Positions 40,566 through 52,209 are shown, numbered from the whole stretch's first letter. The stretch: 63,678 nucleotides of DNA, filler included, from Octopus bimaculoides (GCF_001194135.2; 6 parts of 5 records of this genome joined end to end with filler, not necessarily neighbours in it), one strand, 5' to 3'. Made by a program: numbers and translations. The notes: generated by a model from the letters alone, not told the origin.

Positions 40566-40998
40566 AACAGCAAGCTGGTGGAATCATTAGCATGCCAAAC
40601 AAAATGCTTAACAGCATTTCTTCCAAACCTTCATGTTCTGAGTTCAAATTCTGCCAAGGTTGATTTTGTCTTTCATCCTTAGAATAAAGTGCCAGCCAGC
40701 CCAGTACTGGGGTTGATGTAATCAACTTGCCCTCTCCCCTCAAAATTTCTAGCCTTGTGCCAAAATTAGAAACAGTTATAAAGGTGGTGAATTTGCAAAC
40801 TCATTAGCAATGCTGGACAAAATGCTTAGAGCATTTCACCTGACTTTATGTTCTGAGCTGAAATACTGCCAAGGTCAGCATTGCTTTTCATCCTTTTGGG
40901 GGTTGATAAAATTAAGTACCAGTGGAGTACTGGGGTCAATGTAATTGACTAGCTCTACCCTAAAATTTCAGGCCTTGTGCCTATATTGGAAAATATTA
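40566..40998 (+). mobile_element. Two head-to-tail SINE family D copies just 3' of the RING stop codon
   Basis: Copies at about 40566-40778 and 40781-40998, each with aaaatgctta...ttctgagttcaaa...tcatcctt...cagtactgggg...aaatttc..gccttgtgcc. Confidence 0.82.
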
Positions 40999-41039
40999 TA
41001 TATAAGTATAGATAATTACATTGCTGTTCTTCTGACCCT

Positions 41040-41330
41040 TTCCAGTTGTATGGCAAAGAGCTGAATCCTGCTGCCACACATATGGCTTTCAAGCAGCAAC
41101 CATCTCCAGCCAGGGCTTGATGCCAGTCTCCAGCAGTTAAACATAGCCATCTGAATTGAACCTGAGACTCTGTTCAAAGATGTCCGGGAAGCATGATGTC
41201 AACCTCACTGGAAGCACATCCAAGGACCATCACAATTTGGGGGTACTTGGTTTCCATGATATGTAGGACACATCTTACTGCCTTGTCAGCATTGTGTATA
41301 TAGTGTAAATCATCAACGTACAATTAACTC
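41040..41330 (-). mobile_element. Tc1/mariner superfamily (maT-like) transposase fragment
   Basis: With one frameshift: METKYPQIVMVLGCASSEVDIML..HIFEQSLRFNSDGYV*LLETGIKPWLEMVAA*KPYVWQQDSALCHT, which includes the second catalytic Asp motif. Confidence 0.8.
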
Positions 41331-41667
41331 TTTTCCAATATTCAGATAGCTTCCTGTCCTCATGTGAGTTAACTTTTTTGCAACTACAACTTTAACCTTT
41401 ATGCTCTCCAACACCATTGGCTGTTCATCAATACATGAAGCTGTTCCTAAAAGAAGGCGACATAAAGTCATCCAATTTAGCCTGAACACTCTTGCACTCT
41501 TATTACAACATTAAGAGTTTTTAACTCTTATTTCTAGCAATGTAGGTGCTTTAGCACCTCAATCACATTTAGTGACAATTAAATTTTTCCTTTATGGTAT
41601 TAAGTTATGCCTAGCTGTCTATATTAATTTTTTGCATATACATACATACATATATACATACATACAT

Positions 41668-41720
<53 letters not shown>

Positions 41721-42204
41721 CATACACACTCATATATGCATACATTTATAAGAAATGAAGCAGGGAGTATTAATAATACTTTCTCTTGGATAGATTTCTT
41801 TCATATGAATAAAAAATCTGAAAAAATACACATGCAATAATTGTATTGATGCCATTTACCATTTTATTTATTTACATTCCAATTTTCTATGAGGTTCTGC
41901 TGCTTTTAATAACTATTTCTGTAAAGAGATTGTAATATGAAATATACTTTGGTATATTTAGGAAATCGTATCTCTTTCAAAGTTTTGAATTTTATATATT
42001 GAATGATTTTGCAGTATATTTTTGATTACTTCCTGCTGAAAACTCTGGAGAGATGAAACTATCTTTTGAGTCCATTTTTAAATATATTTTTATTATAATG
42101 AAATTTTATCTTCAATGCCATTGTATTGCATTGTATTGAGATTTTTCATTTTGCTACATATTATAATATAGCTAACACATGCATTGGCAATATTTATATA
42201 TATT

Positions 42205-42545
42205 ATATAGGCATGGCTATGTGGTAAGCAGCTTGCTTCCCAACAACATAATTCTGGGTTCAGTCCCTCTGCGTGGCACTTTGAGTAGCTATCTGTCAAA
42301 ACCTTGTGTATGGATTTGGTGGACAGAAACTGAAGAAAGCCTGTACATATGTATATATGTCTGTTGGTGTTTGGCCACCACCACTGCTTGACAATTGTAT
42401 TTATGTTCCTAACTTAGCAGTTCAACAAAAGATACTGATAGAATAAGTAAAAGGCTTAAAAAAGCAAGTACTGGGGTTGATTTATTCAACAAAAAATCTT
42501 CAGGGTAGTGCCCCAGTATAGCCACAGTCAATGACTAAAACAAGA
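42205..42545 (+). mobile_element. SINE family A, diverged and CpG-depleted
   Basis: ggcatggctatgtggtaagcagcttgcttcccaac...gatttggtggacagaaactgaagaaagcctg...gatagaataagta. Confidence 0.78.
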
Positions 42546-42997
42546 ACATATCTATCTATCTATCTATCTATCTANNNNNNNNNNNNNNNNNNNNNNNNNN
42601 NNNNNNNNNNNNNNNNNNNNNNNNNNNNNNNNNNNNNNNNNNNNNNNNNNNNNNNNNNNNNNNNNNNNNNNNNNTGGCAATGGTTGTCAGTTTGTTTATA
42701 TTCCCATAAGTTGGCAGTTTTATAGATCATGATACATATGTATGTGTATGTGTTTACAAACAGACACACACACATGCATATTTGTATATGCATATATGCT
42801 TTTGTGGATATATATATTATCTATCCATTTGTGTGTTGGTGTGTGTATGTATATCCATATACTTTGCCTGTGTGTATATATGTAGTGTGTTCATAGTGAG
42901 ACAAGTAGATAGATATAAGTGGATGGTGACAGGTAGGTGATATAAATGGCTGGGTTGATAAGTAGACAGATAAATAGATAAATAGACAGACAGACAA

Positions 42998-43031
<34 letters not shown>

Positions 43032-43095
43032 TATAGAAAACCAGAAAGCTTGGAAGAAAGAAAAGGAGGAAAAGATAGATATATAGATAAATATT

Positions 43096-43134
<39 letters not shown>

Positions 43135-44002
43135 GAGAAAATCAGAAAGCTAGGAAGAAAGAAAAGGAGGAAAAGAAAGTAAAGAATGTGAGAAACGAGA
43201 ACTAAAGAGGGGGGTACAAATAAAAAGAAATGAATAGAATAAATAAATAAATAAATAAATAAAATAGAAAGCGAGAAAGAAGGAAAGCAAAGCAATGAAA
43301 AAAGTTTGAATAAATGAATGAATGGAATGAAGGCAAAGATTTAGAGAAAAGAAAAAATAAAAACAGAAAGAACAAGAAATAGAATTACATAACAACAATA
43401 AAAATATAGAAAAGAAAGGAAAAATAGGTGTTGTTTAGTCTATCTAGTTTGACTGGTGTTTATAGTTTTATATGAAGAGTATGTTGTTCCTGTAGTTGTT
43501 GTAGTCTCTTTCTGTTACCCTCTGAATGTCTACACCCACCCCGCCCCCATCTCTTACACTATCTCTGTCTGTCTGTCTGTCTGTCTGCCTGTTTGTCTGT
43601 CTTTTTCTGAGAATTTTTTTCAAGACTACTTAAAATGTTAAACAAAGAAGGTGGTGGAATGGGAGAAAGAAGCCAATATTCAACATCTAAATGTGATTTG
43701 GGTTGTTGTTGTTGTTGTTGTTGTCATTTTGTTATGCCGTTGTTATCGCTTTATTTGGAAGGTGGGTGAATGAGGCGAAGATGGCTTTGTATGAATGGGC
43801 CTACTCTGAACTTTCACTTGTAAACCAGAAGAAGTTCTTTTCAACTGTCTAATAAATACTTTCCTGGAGATTCTGGCCATGCCAAGGAGGCAAACCTTTT
43901 GTAACGGCGACCCTTTCCATCCATGTGTATCCTCCTGCTCTGCTTAATTCATTCTGTACTTCTATTATATTGATTTCTAACATATGCACACAGTCACAGA
44001 TA

Positions 44003-44240
44003 TTCTTTTCTACTCTAGGCACAAGGCCTGAAATTTTTTGGGGGGTGGCCAGTTGATTAGATATTAGATCGACCCCAGTATGCAACTAGTACTTAAGTTA
44101 TCAACCCCTGAAAGGATAAAAGGCAAAGTCGCCCTCAGCGTAATTTGAACTCAGAACATAAAGACAGACGAAATACCGGTAAGCATTTCACCCGGTCAAA
44201 TGCTTGGCAGTATTTCGGCTGTCTTTACGTTCTGAGTTCA
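44003..44240 (-). mobile_element. SINE family D with partial head duplication
   Basis: Aligns with 14519-14741. Confidence 0.8.
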
Positions 44241-44855
44241 AATTCCACCAAGGATGACTTTCCACTGAGGTCTAACGTTTCTGCCAGATATTAAGTGAAC
44301 AGAACTCCTTCCAGCAGGAGACTGGTATGTATTTGATTGAACTTGGAAGAATAATTGACAGACCACATTGGGATATAACAGAACTGGTAGAGCGCCAGAC
44401 TATGATGTTCATTTATTGCTCTGTTACAAAATATGTTCAATCTTATATTTGTTTTATTGTTTGATTTAGTTACTGAAATGGGATGGTCCTATATAGACCT
44501 GGGGTTAAAAAGCAACAATATCTTTCCACCCCCACTGTCCTTAAGATAAATTCCAATACCAGTAATGTACCAGGGAAGAGTGGGAGTCGAGGTGGAAGAT
44601 TAATTCAGTGAAAAGACTATACCTCCTTCACANNNNNNNNNNNNNNNNNNNNNNNNNNNNNNNNNNNNNNNNNNNNNNNNNNNNNNNNNNNNNNNNNNNN
44701 NNNNNNNNNNNNNNNNNNNNNNNNNNNNNNNNNNNNNNNNNNNNNNNNNNNNNNNNNNNNNNNNNNNNNNNNNNNNNNNNNNNNNNNNNNNNNNNNNNNN
44801 NNNNNNNNNNNNNNNNNNNNNNNNNNNNNNNNNNNNNNNNNNNNNNNNNNNNNNN

Positions 44856-45175
44856 AACAACCCCACCACAACCACCACCACCACCACCATCACCACTGCC
44901 ACAACAACCACAACTTTGACCACCAACGCCATGACCATTACCATAGTCACTGTCACCGCAACTCCTGTCACAACCACCACTACCACCACCACCACCACCA
45001 CCACCACCGTTACCACAGCCACTGTCACCACCACTGCTGTCACAACCACCACCACTATCACCACCATCTTCATCACTACCACAACTTCTGTGGCCACACC
45101 ACCATAGCCATGACTGCTATCACCACAGCTACTGCCTCCACGACAACGACAACGACCACCACCACCACTACTATA
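44856..45175. repeat. Degenerate (ACC)n low-complexity tract
   Basis: Direct reading of the sequence; the left end abuts a gap. Confidence 0.85.
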
Positions 45176-45492
45176 TTATCTACTAATTAGTGGTCTGGTG
45201 CTGCTCAAATGTGAAAAACTTTTCTTGGTAAAGAAGAAGATAAAAACAGTTATAGACAAACAAAAAAAGATGAAAAAGAAGGCCGAAAAGAATGAAAGAC
45301 CTTCATCCACTTCCTAAAGAAATGTTGGTGGCCATGGATATCATTAAGATCTTGTTGATTCATGAGTGACTTCATGTTTGTTGTTATTATTATTGTTGTT
45401 GTTTAGCAACCTATGTAAACAGATCAATGAGGCTTTGTGTCTTGTCTTTTTTAATTGATGATGTTAATGCTGTTTACTCTTGTTAAATACAT

Positions 45493-45532
<40 letters not shown>

Positions 45533-45584
45533 TTGTGTGTTCACATGTATATTTATACGTGCGTGAGTGTGTATCTATGTATAT

Positions 45585-45850
45585 TCTTTTACTTGTTTCA
45601 GTCATTTGACTGTGCCCATGCTGGAGTGTTGCCTTAGAAAGGTTCTTTAGTCAAAGAAATCGACCCCGGGACTTATTCTTTGTAAGCCTAGTATTTATTC
45701 TATTGAACAATTTTGCTGAACCTCTTATTTACGGGGATGTAAACACACCAACCTCAGTTGTCAAGCAATGGTGGGGGGATAAACACAGACACAAAGACAC
45801 ATACATAAATACATACATATATACATATATATATGTGTGTGTGTGTGTGT
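45585..45850 (-). mobile_element. SINE family A, 3' half, CpG-depleted
   Basis: Aligns to 19193-19400 with CG to TG/CA changes. Confidence 0.8.
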
Positions 45851-46648
45851 GTCTCTCTCTCTCTATATATATATAAAGCACCCACTGCACTCTCTGAGTG
45901 GTTGGCGTTAGGAAGGGCATCCAGCTGTAGAAACTCTGCCAAATCAGATTGGAGCCTGGTGTAGCCATCTGGTTTCACCAGTCCTCGGTCAAATCNNNNN
46001 NNNNNNNNNNNNNNNNNNNNNNNNNNNNNNNNNNNNNNNNNNNNNNNNNNNNNNNNNNNNNNNNNNNNNNNNNNNNNNNNNNNNNNNNNNNNNNNNNNNN
46101 NNNNNNNNNNNNNNNNNNNNNNNNNNNNNNNNNNNNNNNNNNNNNNNNNNNNNNNNNNNNNNNNNNNNNNNNNNNNNNNNNNNNNNNNNNNNNNNNNNNN
46201 NNNNNNNNNNNNNNNNNNNNNNNNNNNNNNNNNNNNNNNNNNNNNNNNNNNNNNNNNNNNNNNNNNNNNNNNNNNNNNNNNNNNNNNNNNNNNNNNNNNN
46301 NNNNNNNNNNNNNNNNNNNNNNNNNNNNNNNNNNNNNNNNNNNNNNNNNNNNNNNNNNNNNNNNNNNNNNNNNNNNNNNNNNNNNNNNNNNNNNNNNNNN
46401 NNNNNNNNNNNNNNNNNNNNNNNNNNNNNNNNNNNNNNNNNNNNNNNNNNNNNNNNNNNNNNNNNNNNNNNNNNNNNNNNNNNNNNNNNNNNNNNNNNNN
46501 NNNNNNNNNNNNNNNNNNNNNNNNNNNNNNNNNNNNNNNNNNNNNNNNNNNNNNNNNNNNNNNNNNNNNNNNNNNNNNNNNNNNNNNNNNNNNNNNNNNN
46601 NNNNNNNNNNNNNNNNNNNNNNNNNNNNNNNNNNNNNNNNNNNNNNNN

Positions 46649-46696
<48 letters not shown>

Positions 46697-46697
<1 letters not shown>

Positions 46698-46890
46698 TAT
46701 AGGGAGAATTCACGAAAAAACAACAGACGAAGACAGGTGGTGTAATCAACAAATGGATGTATTAGTATAACGCTTGGGAATAGAGAAAGTCTTTAATGTT
46801 TTGAGCTTACGCTCTTCAACAGAAAGGAACACAGAAAGAAACAAGGAGAGAAAAAAAAATGTGTAGTGGTCAGCGATCTATTATGGCATA
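46697..46890 (-). mobile_element. PLE pLTR-like fragment, third copy of the same family
   Basis: Revcomp has ctttctgttgaagagcgtaagctcaaaacattaaagac...ctaatacatcc...acaccacctgtc and ends at (TA)n/(TC)n. Confidence 0.6.
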
Positions 46891-47061
46891 TATATAGATA
46901 TAGATAGATCTAGATATATATATAGATTTAGATATAGGGGTGATCTAAACGAATAGGTTTGCTGTGTAAGTGCTATAGTTGGTAATCTATTAGGTTCCAA
47001 ATTCACAGCTGAGGCTGGAGCTAGGGATCTGTAGTAGGCTTCTGAGTTAGCAGGTATATAT

Positions 47062-47640
47062 TAGAGGAAAAAGGACAACAAAACCCAAGACAGAACAAAT
47101 GTCTCAAATCATTTAGAATATCTAATTAGAGTAAGATCAATCTGAAGTAATTAATAAATAATTAACTGAATATTTCTAGGATGTCTTACAGCTGTTTCTG
47201 GGATATCCCAAGTGATTTTGAATGTTGCATTCAAAATATTGCCAAAATACTGCCCGGATTTATCTGGGATTGTACTAAAAGACCTATACTTTCATGGAAG
47301 TATGGACCAACCTCTATACCTTCTGGAAGAAGATGACCTGTGAACTTTATTCTTTTGTCTCTATTCTTCTATCTACTGCTTTACACTTTATTCTTCTATA
47401 TACTATTTTATTCCTTTATACACTGTGAATTCTCTGTCTAGAACTTTCCTACATACTCACCTTGTCTCTGATGATGGAATACCCAGTATATGGAGATGCT
47501 AATCTATCACTTGGGATATCCCAGAAACAGCTGTAAGACATCCTATAATTAATTACTTCAAATTCACCTTACTTTAATCAAAAATTCTAAATGACTTGAG
47601 ACCCTCGCCCTACCTAGGTTTTCTTGTTTTTTCCCTCTAT
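47062..47640. mobile_element. Head-to-head inverted pair of PLE pLTR-like segments
   Basis: 47062-47213 (-) aligns with 47509-47640 (+), including acttgggatatcccagaaacagctgtaagacatcct. Confidence 0.68.
47463..47540 (+). ncRNA. Type I minimal hammerhead ribozyme, canonical core
   Basis: TGTCT-CTGATGA-[stem II tggaatacccagt / acttgggatatccca]-GAAA-CAGCTG-T-A-AGACA: stem I TGTCT/AGACA, palindromic stem III, cleavage triplet GUA. Confidence 0.82.
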
Positions 47641-47904
47641 TGTGTATAAGTATGCATACACAGACACATGCACACACAACACACATTTAATTACTTCTAT
47701 TATATAGTCTCTAAGCCAGCTAAAGCAATTCCTGTAAATATCACCATTAGACATTTCTCAAGGTTTTTGTTTTTTTTTTCTTGTCTAATCACCCGGCAAG
47801 AAAATGTCTTGTCACATCATGTTGTGATCTACTCTACTTTACTCTATAAATTACTGGAAAGCTGTCTTTTGTTATTGGCCAATCAATAACATCTAGGTTA
47901 ATTA

Positions 47905-48225
47905 TTCGACTCATCATGAACATCGCCAACATCAACGCTGTTGCAATCCTCATTATCGACAGCATCACCATTGCCGTCATCAATATCATCATCATTGTCA
48001 TATTCATCATCATGATCATCATTATCATCATCATCATCATTTTCGTCCTTATCTTTAATCAACATTATTGCCATTTGTCATAATCATCATCATTCACTTC
48101 GTTATTGTTATCATCATCATCATCATCAATGCCTGCATCATCATCATCTTCATCCACATTCTTCTTTGTCTTCTTCTTCATCATCATCATCATCATTATC
48201 ATCATTGTGATAATTATAATCGTCG
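47905..48225. repeat. Degenerate (CAT)n low-complexity tract
   Basis: Direct reading of the sequence. Confidence 0.85.
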
Positions 48226-48443
48226 TTCTTCTGGTTCTTTATGCTCTGAGTTCAAATACTGCTTAGGGCAATTTTGCCTTTCATTCTTTTGGGGATTGAT
48301 AAAATCCCCTCTAGCTATTTGTTGATCCTGCTTGATCCCATGTTGATCACTTCCTGAGCACAGGTTGATCCCTTCTTACTACTGGTTGATGCCAATTGAT
48401 CAATTGTTGACCTTCACCTAAAAACATGTTGACCCCTTAAATA

Positions 48444-48974
48444 CAGGGTGGGTCAAATGTCATGCACACAGTAAGTTTGATATGCTGCAGAATTATCCAA
48501 GACATGCATCAATTGAACAAAACAAATAGAATAATGATGAAACACACATACTTGCACATAATGAACAAGATTAATAATAATAATAATAATGATAGCATAA
48601 TATAAATAATGATAAATGTCACCCTTTCAAAGCCTAGCCAGGCTCATGGACCCGGTTTCCCAGTTTCTATGGTGTATGTGTTCCCCCCCAGCTGGACGGG
48701 ATGCCAGTCCATTGCAGTATTACTCAAGAAACAGGAAGAAAGAGTGAGGGAAAGTTGGAGCGAAAGAGTACAACAGGGGTCGCCACCACCCCCTGCCAGA
48801 GCCTCGTGGAGCTTAGGTGTTTTCACTCAATAAACACTCACAACACCTGGTCTGGGAATCGAAACCGCAATCCTCTGACTGCAAGTCCGCTGCCCTAACC
48901 ACTGGGCCATTGCATCTCCACATAATATAAATACAATGTCAAATATTTTGGTGCGTGACTTTTGACCCACCTTG
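48444..48974. mobile_element. Tc1/mariner-type MITE interrupted by a SINE
   Basis: TIR CAGGGTGGGTCAAATGTCATGCAC vs CAAGGTGGGTCAAAAGTCACGCAC; TA on both sides. Confidence 0.8.
48609..48920 (-). mobile_element. SINE family B variant (head 1, body 1, different tail Y)
   Basis: 13-bp TSD CATAATATAAATA at 48596-48608 and 48921-48933; inserted into a MITE. Confidence 0.9.
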
Positions 48975-49279
48975 TATATGATGACCCCCCCCACCCACTC
49001 AGAAGGTGATCACCTTCGGACTACATGGTATGTACCACAAGGCCCAGTGGGTAACATATTGTCTCAACTTGCAAGTTTGCCATATTTACTGGCAAGTCTA
49101 GTGGGGATTATTGACTTAGAAGAACTGAACTTTTTGCCTACAGCAAACTAAGTATCATATTGCTCCCCCGTGTTACAGAAGTGTCACTTTCCGGAAAATC
49201 TTGATGTAATATTGATGTTCCTCCACATGAAACCTACTTTGTCACTGGATTTCTGTTTCATGAAATCAACGAGATAATA

Positions 49280-49520
49280 CAGGATGATCCAAAAGTAGGT
49301 TTACAGTTATTCAACTATCTCTTTCGTATTCATATATTAACAGTTTAAATCTTAATTATAAAAAAAAAAAAAATGAAACCATTATTCTATGCTAATTTAG
49401 TTAATTTTGTCAAGCTCCATTTTGAATTTGTAAGATAGAAATTTAAATGTAAAGAAAATGTTTTAAAAGAAATTTAAAGTGCCTACGTGATAACTGTAAA
49501 CCTACTGTTGGGCCTTCCTG
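49280..49520. mobile_element. Tc1/mariner-type MITE, 241 bp
   Basis: TIR CAGGATGATCCAAAAGTAGGTTTACAGTTA vs CAGGAAGGCCCAACAGTAGGTTTACAGTTA; TA TSD at 49278-49279 and 49521-49522. Confidence 0.8.
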
Positions 49521-49743
49521 TACATTTTGTTTTATGGAACTCCTCAAGACTTTTCAGGAGAGCAACGCTTCTGTAACATGGTGCTGTTGGTGGAAGGATG
49601 CTTGTAGTTTCTTTCACTCTTACCCTGACAATCTCTGTGTCTCTGAAAATGTTATGGTAAGTTTTTTTTTTTTTAGAAGCGTTGAGATGTATTGTAAGAA
49701 CAGAAATAAATTTATTTCTCAAACGCGTGATAATGCTATAAAT

Positions 49744-50052
49744 AGCGTGATCAGGATAAATTATCCATTTATTGCAGAAAAATACGCTACTGGCCAGCTA
49801 TGAGACTCGAACTCACATCTCTGTGATTACGCGTCAAGTGTTTTACCATTAATCTAAACTGCTCAGCAACGAATTTAGCTTCATAAGATGCATAGCGTCT
49901 TATGAAGCTAAATTTATAAGTTCTAAAATTGCAGAAGAATTCGTTCCTGGGCAGTTTAGTTTAATGGTAAAACACTTGACGCGTAATCACAGAGATGGCT
50001 GGCCAGTAGCGTGTTTTTCTGCAATAAATGTATAATTTATCCTGATCACGCT
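49744..50052. repeat. Nested palindrome carrying two divergent tRNA-like sequences
   Basis: Outer arms 49744-49875 and 49938-50052; inner 20-bp arms 49872-49891 and 49895-49914 with a 3-nt loop. Confidence 0.85.
49792..49863 (-). tRNA. tRNA-Thr(CGT)-like gene or pseudogene in the left arm of the palindrome
   Basis: Minus strand AGCAGTT TA GATT AATGGTA AAAC A CTTGA CGCGTAA TCACA GAGAT GTGAG TTCGAGT CTCAT AGCTGGC C: cloverleaf spacing, A and B boxes, CGT in the anticodon loop, T5 about 9 nt downstream. Acceptor, D and anticodon stems are imperfect. Confidence 0.55.
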
Positions 50053-51586
50053 GTTATGGTAACTGTTCTTTCATTTTTGATGAAGCCATATTTACATATC
50101 AGTTTATTATTTTTATTTAACCTTAGCTCAGCCCGATCAAGCAGACCTACTCCACTCTGCTATCGAAGGTATTCCGGCCATAACCATTCAGTCTTTTTCC
50201 AATATACAAGGAACCCAGGTCCCCATTATCAAATGTATCATTTTCTAAGACAGTAAGGTGTCGGTGGTGGTGGGATATGATATATTATTTGGAGGAGCTC
50301 TGGCTAGTACATCTAACCAGTCAAACAACTCCACATTGCCCCCCCCACCCCGCCTTGAAGAGTTTCGTCAATCAAATTGATCCTCAGTACTTTTTCTCAA
50401 GTCTGATAAGTGGCTAAGTTACAAGGATGTAAACAAACAAACACCGGCTGTCAAGTGGTGGTGGAACAAACACAGACGTGCACGCGCGCATACATACACA
50501 CATACACACACATTAGTGACGGAAACAGTGGTATTTTAAAATAGCATTCTGTACATCATATTGTAACAGATATACTGTACAAAGACTTGAACCTGCGATA
50601 TTTGTCTTAAGAAAGCATCTCGTTGGGACGTGTGGTTCAAAAACAACTGAAATTTATCTGTAGCAGACGAAAAGTGTATAGCAACATTATTGAAATTACT
50701 GAAGACGTATTTCTGCTTCTTGAGCGTCATCAGCTAGCAAGCATCCACTAGCAACTGTACGCTAAAACAAATCTAGTTTTCAATGATATAAGAAGCTGAA
50801 TAAAAATTCATAATTAGCAACGAAAGTAGTATTAGTTCGTCTTTACGAGCTGCTTTCTCGAGACAAGTACCGCGTACCGCAATTACAAGAACGGATAAAT
50901 AAGAAGAATATTATCTATAAAACAAGAAATGAGAAGGGAAATTATAAACGTTAGAATAATACTTATTACGTGGCTTAGCTTACCGTAGTTTACTTTGTGA
51001 AGAAGCTGAATTAGATTAAAAGATTATACAATGGTGTCCAATAACTTGAAGATACTAATATATAATCTACTTTCAGAAAATAATAGCAGAATAGAAAGGC
51101 TTTTAGAAGTCAAAGGAATGTCTTCCAATTAATTAGCCTCGCAAGAAATGTAGGAGAGACTCTATTAATAACCTCCGTTAATATACATACATATGTATGT
51201 ATGTATGTATATATGTATATATGTATGTCACTATTCAGTTTATTTCATGATTTCTTGCCAATAGAGAAATAACCGGTTTCTAAGATCCAAGGTTCCTTTA
51301 TTGGAATTTCAACATCAACAACAGGGTATGTACGTATGTACGTATGTATGTATGTATGTATGTATGTATGTATTGACGTGCAGATTTGTATATTTTATGT
51401 ATGTATTCTCATGCATATAGTTACATATCTAGACATGCTCATATATATTTAAATGATAAACTTCTGGAAAGTTTTACAGATTTATACAGTTCCAGTGATG
51501 GATTGGACCAGTAGTCTTCGAATTAGCTTTCTCCTTTCTGGTTTTGAGAAGCCTAATTTCTCAAGATTGGTAGCTCCTTCTTTTGT

Positions 51587-51680
<94 letters not shown>

Positions 51681-51682
<2 letters not shown>

Positions 51683-52094
51683 TTGTATAAGGTACAATTA
51701 TACCTAAGGGCACAGAAGCTACCGTGTCTATATGCTGAAAGAAGATTTCTGAATTCGTCCCACCATTTTAAATGTTCACTCCACGTTTGCACTCAAGTTG
51801 AAAGCGCGAAAGGAGACTGACTAGAAATTCATAAAGTAATTCAGTTAGTTTTGGATTGATCAATTTCTGGATTAGTTCGTTAACTCTAATCCAGAAAAAA
51901 TAATCCAGAAATTGATCAATCCAAAACTAACTGAATTATTTTATGAACTTTCAGTCAGTCTCCTTTCGCGCTTTCAACTTGTGTGTGTGATTGGAGTGAA
52001 CATTTAAAGTGGTGGGACGAATTCAGGCCTCTTCTTCCCGCATATAGACACGGTAGCTTCTGTGCCCTTAAGTATAATTGTACCCTATACAATT
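51681..52094. mobile_element. Foldback/MITE, 414-bp near-perfect palindrome
   Basis: Arms 51681-51874 and 51901-52094 are reverse complements with scattered mismatches; 26-bp spacer. Confidence 0.8.
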
Positions 52095-52209
52095 CTCGGA
52101 TCTTTGTGATTTGACGGGCAACACTTGTTTTCTTAACGAAACACTTTCAAAATTGAGATACTGCACGAAATATGAAAAAGAGAAAGAAAATGGAAACAAG
52201 ATAACGAAA

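Noticed and set aside
50690-50740. CTGATGA...GAAA...TC on the minus strand
   Set aside because: Stem I does not pair, stem III is not palindromic and there is no microsatellite context; likely chance.
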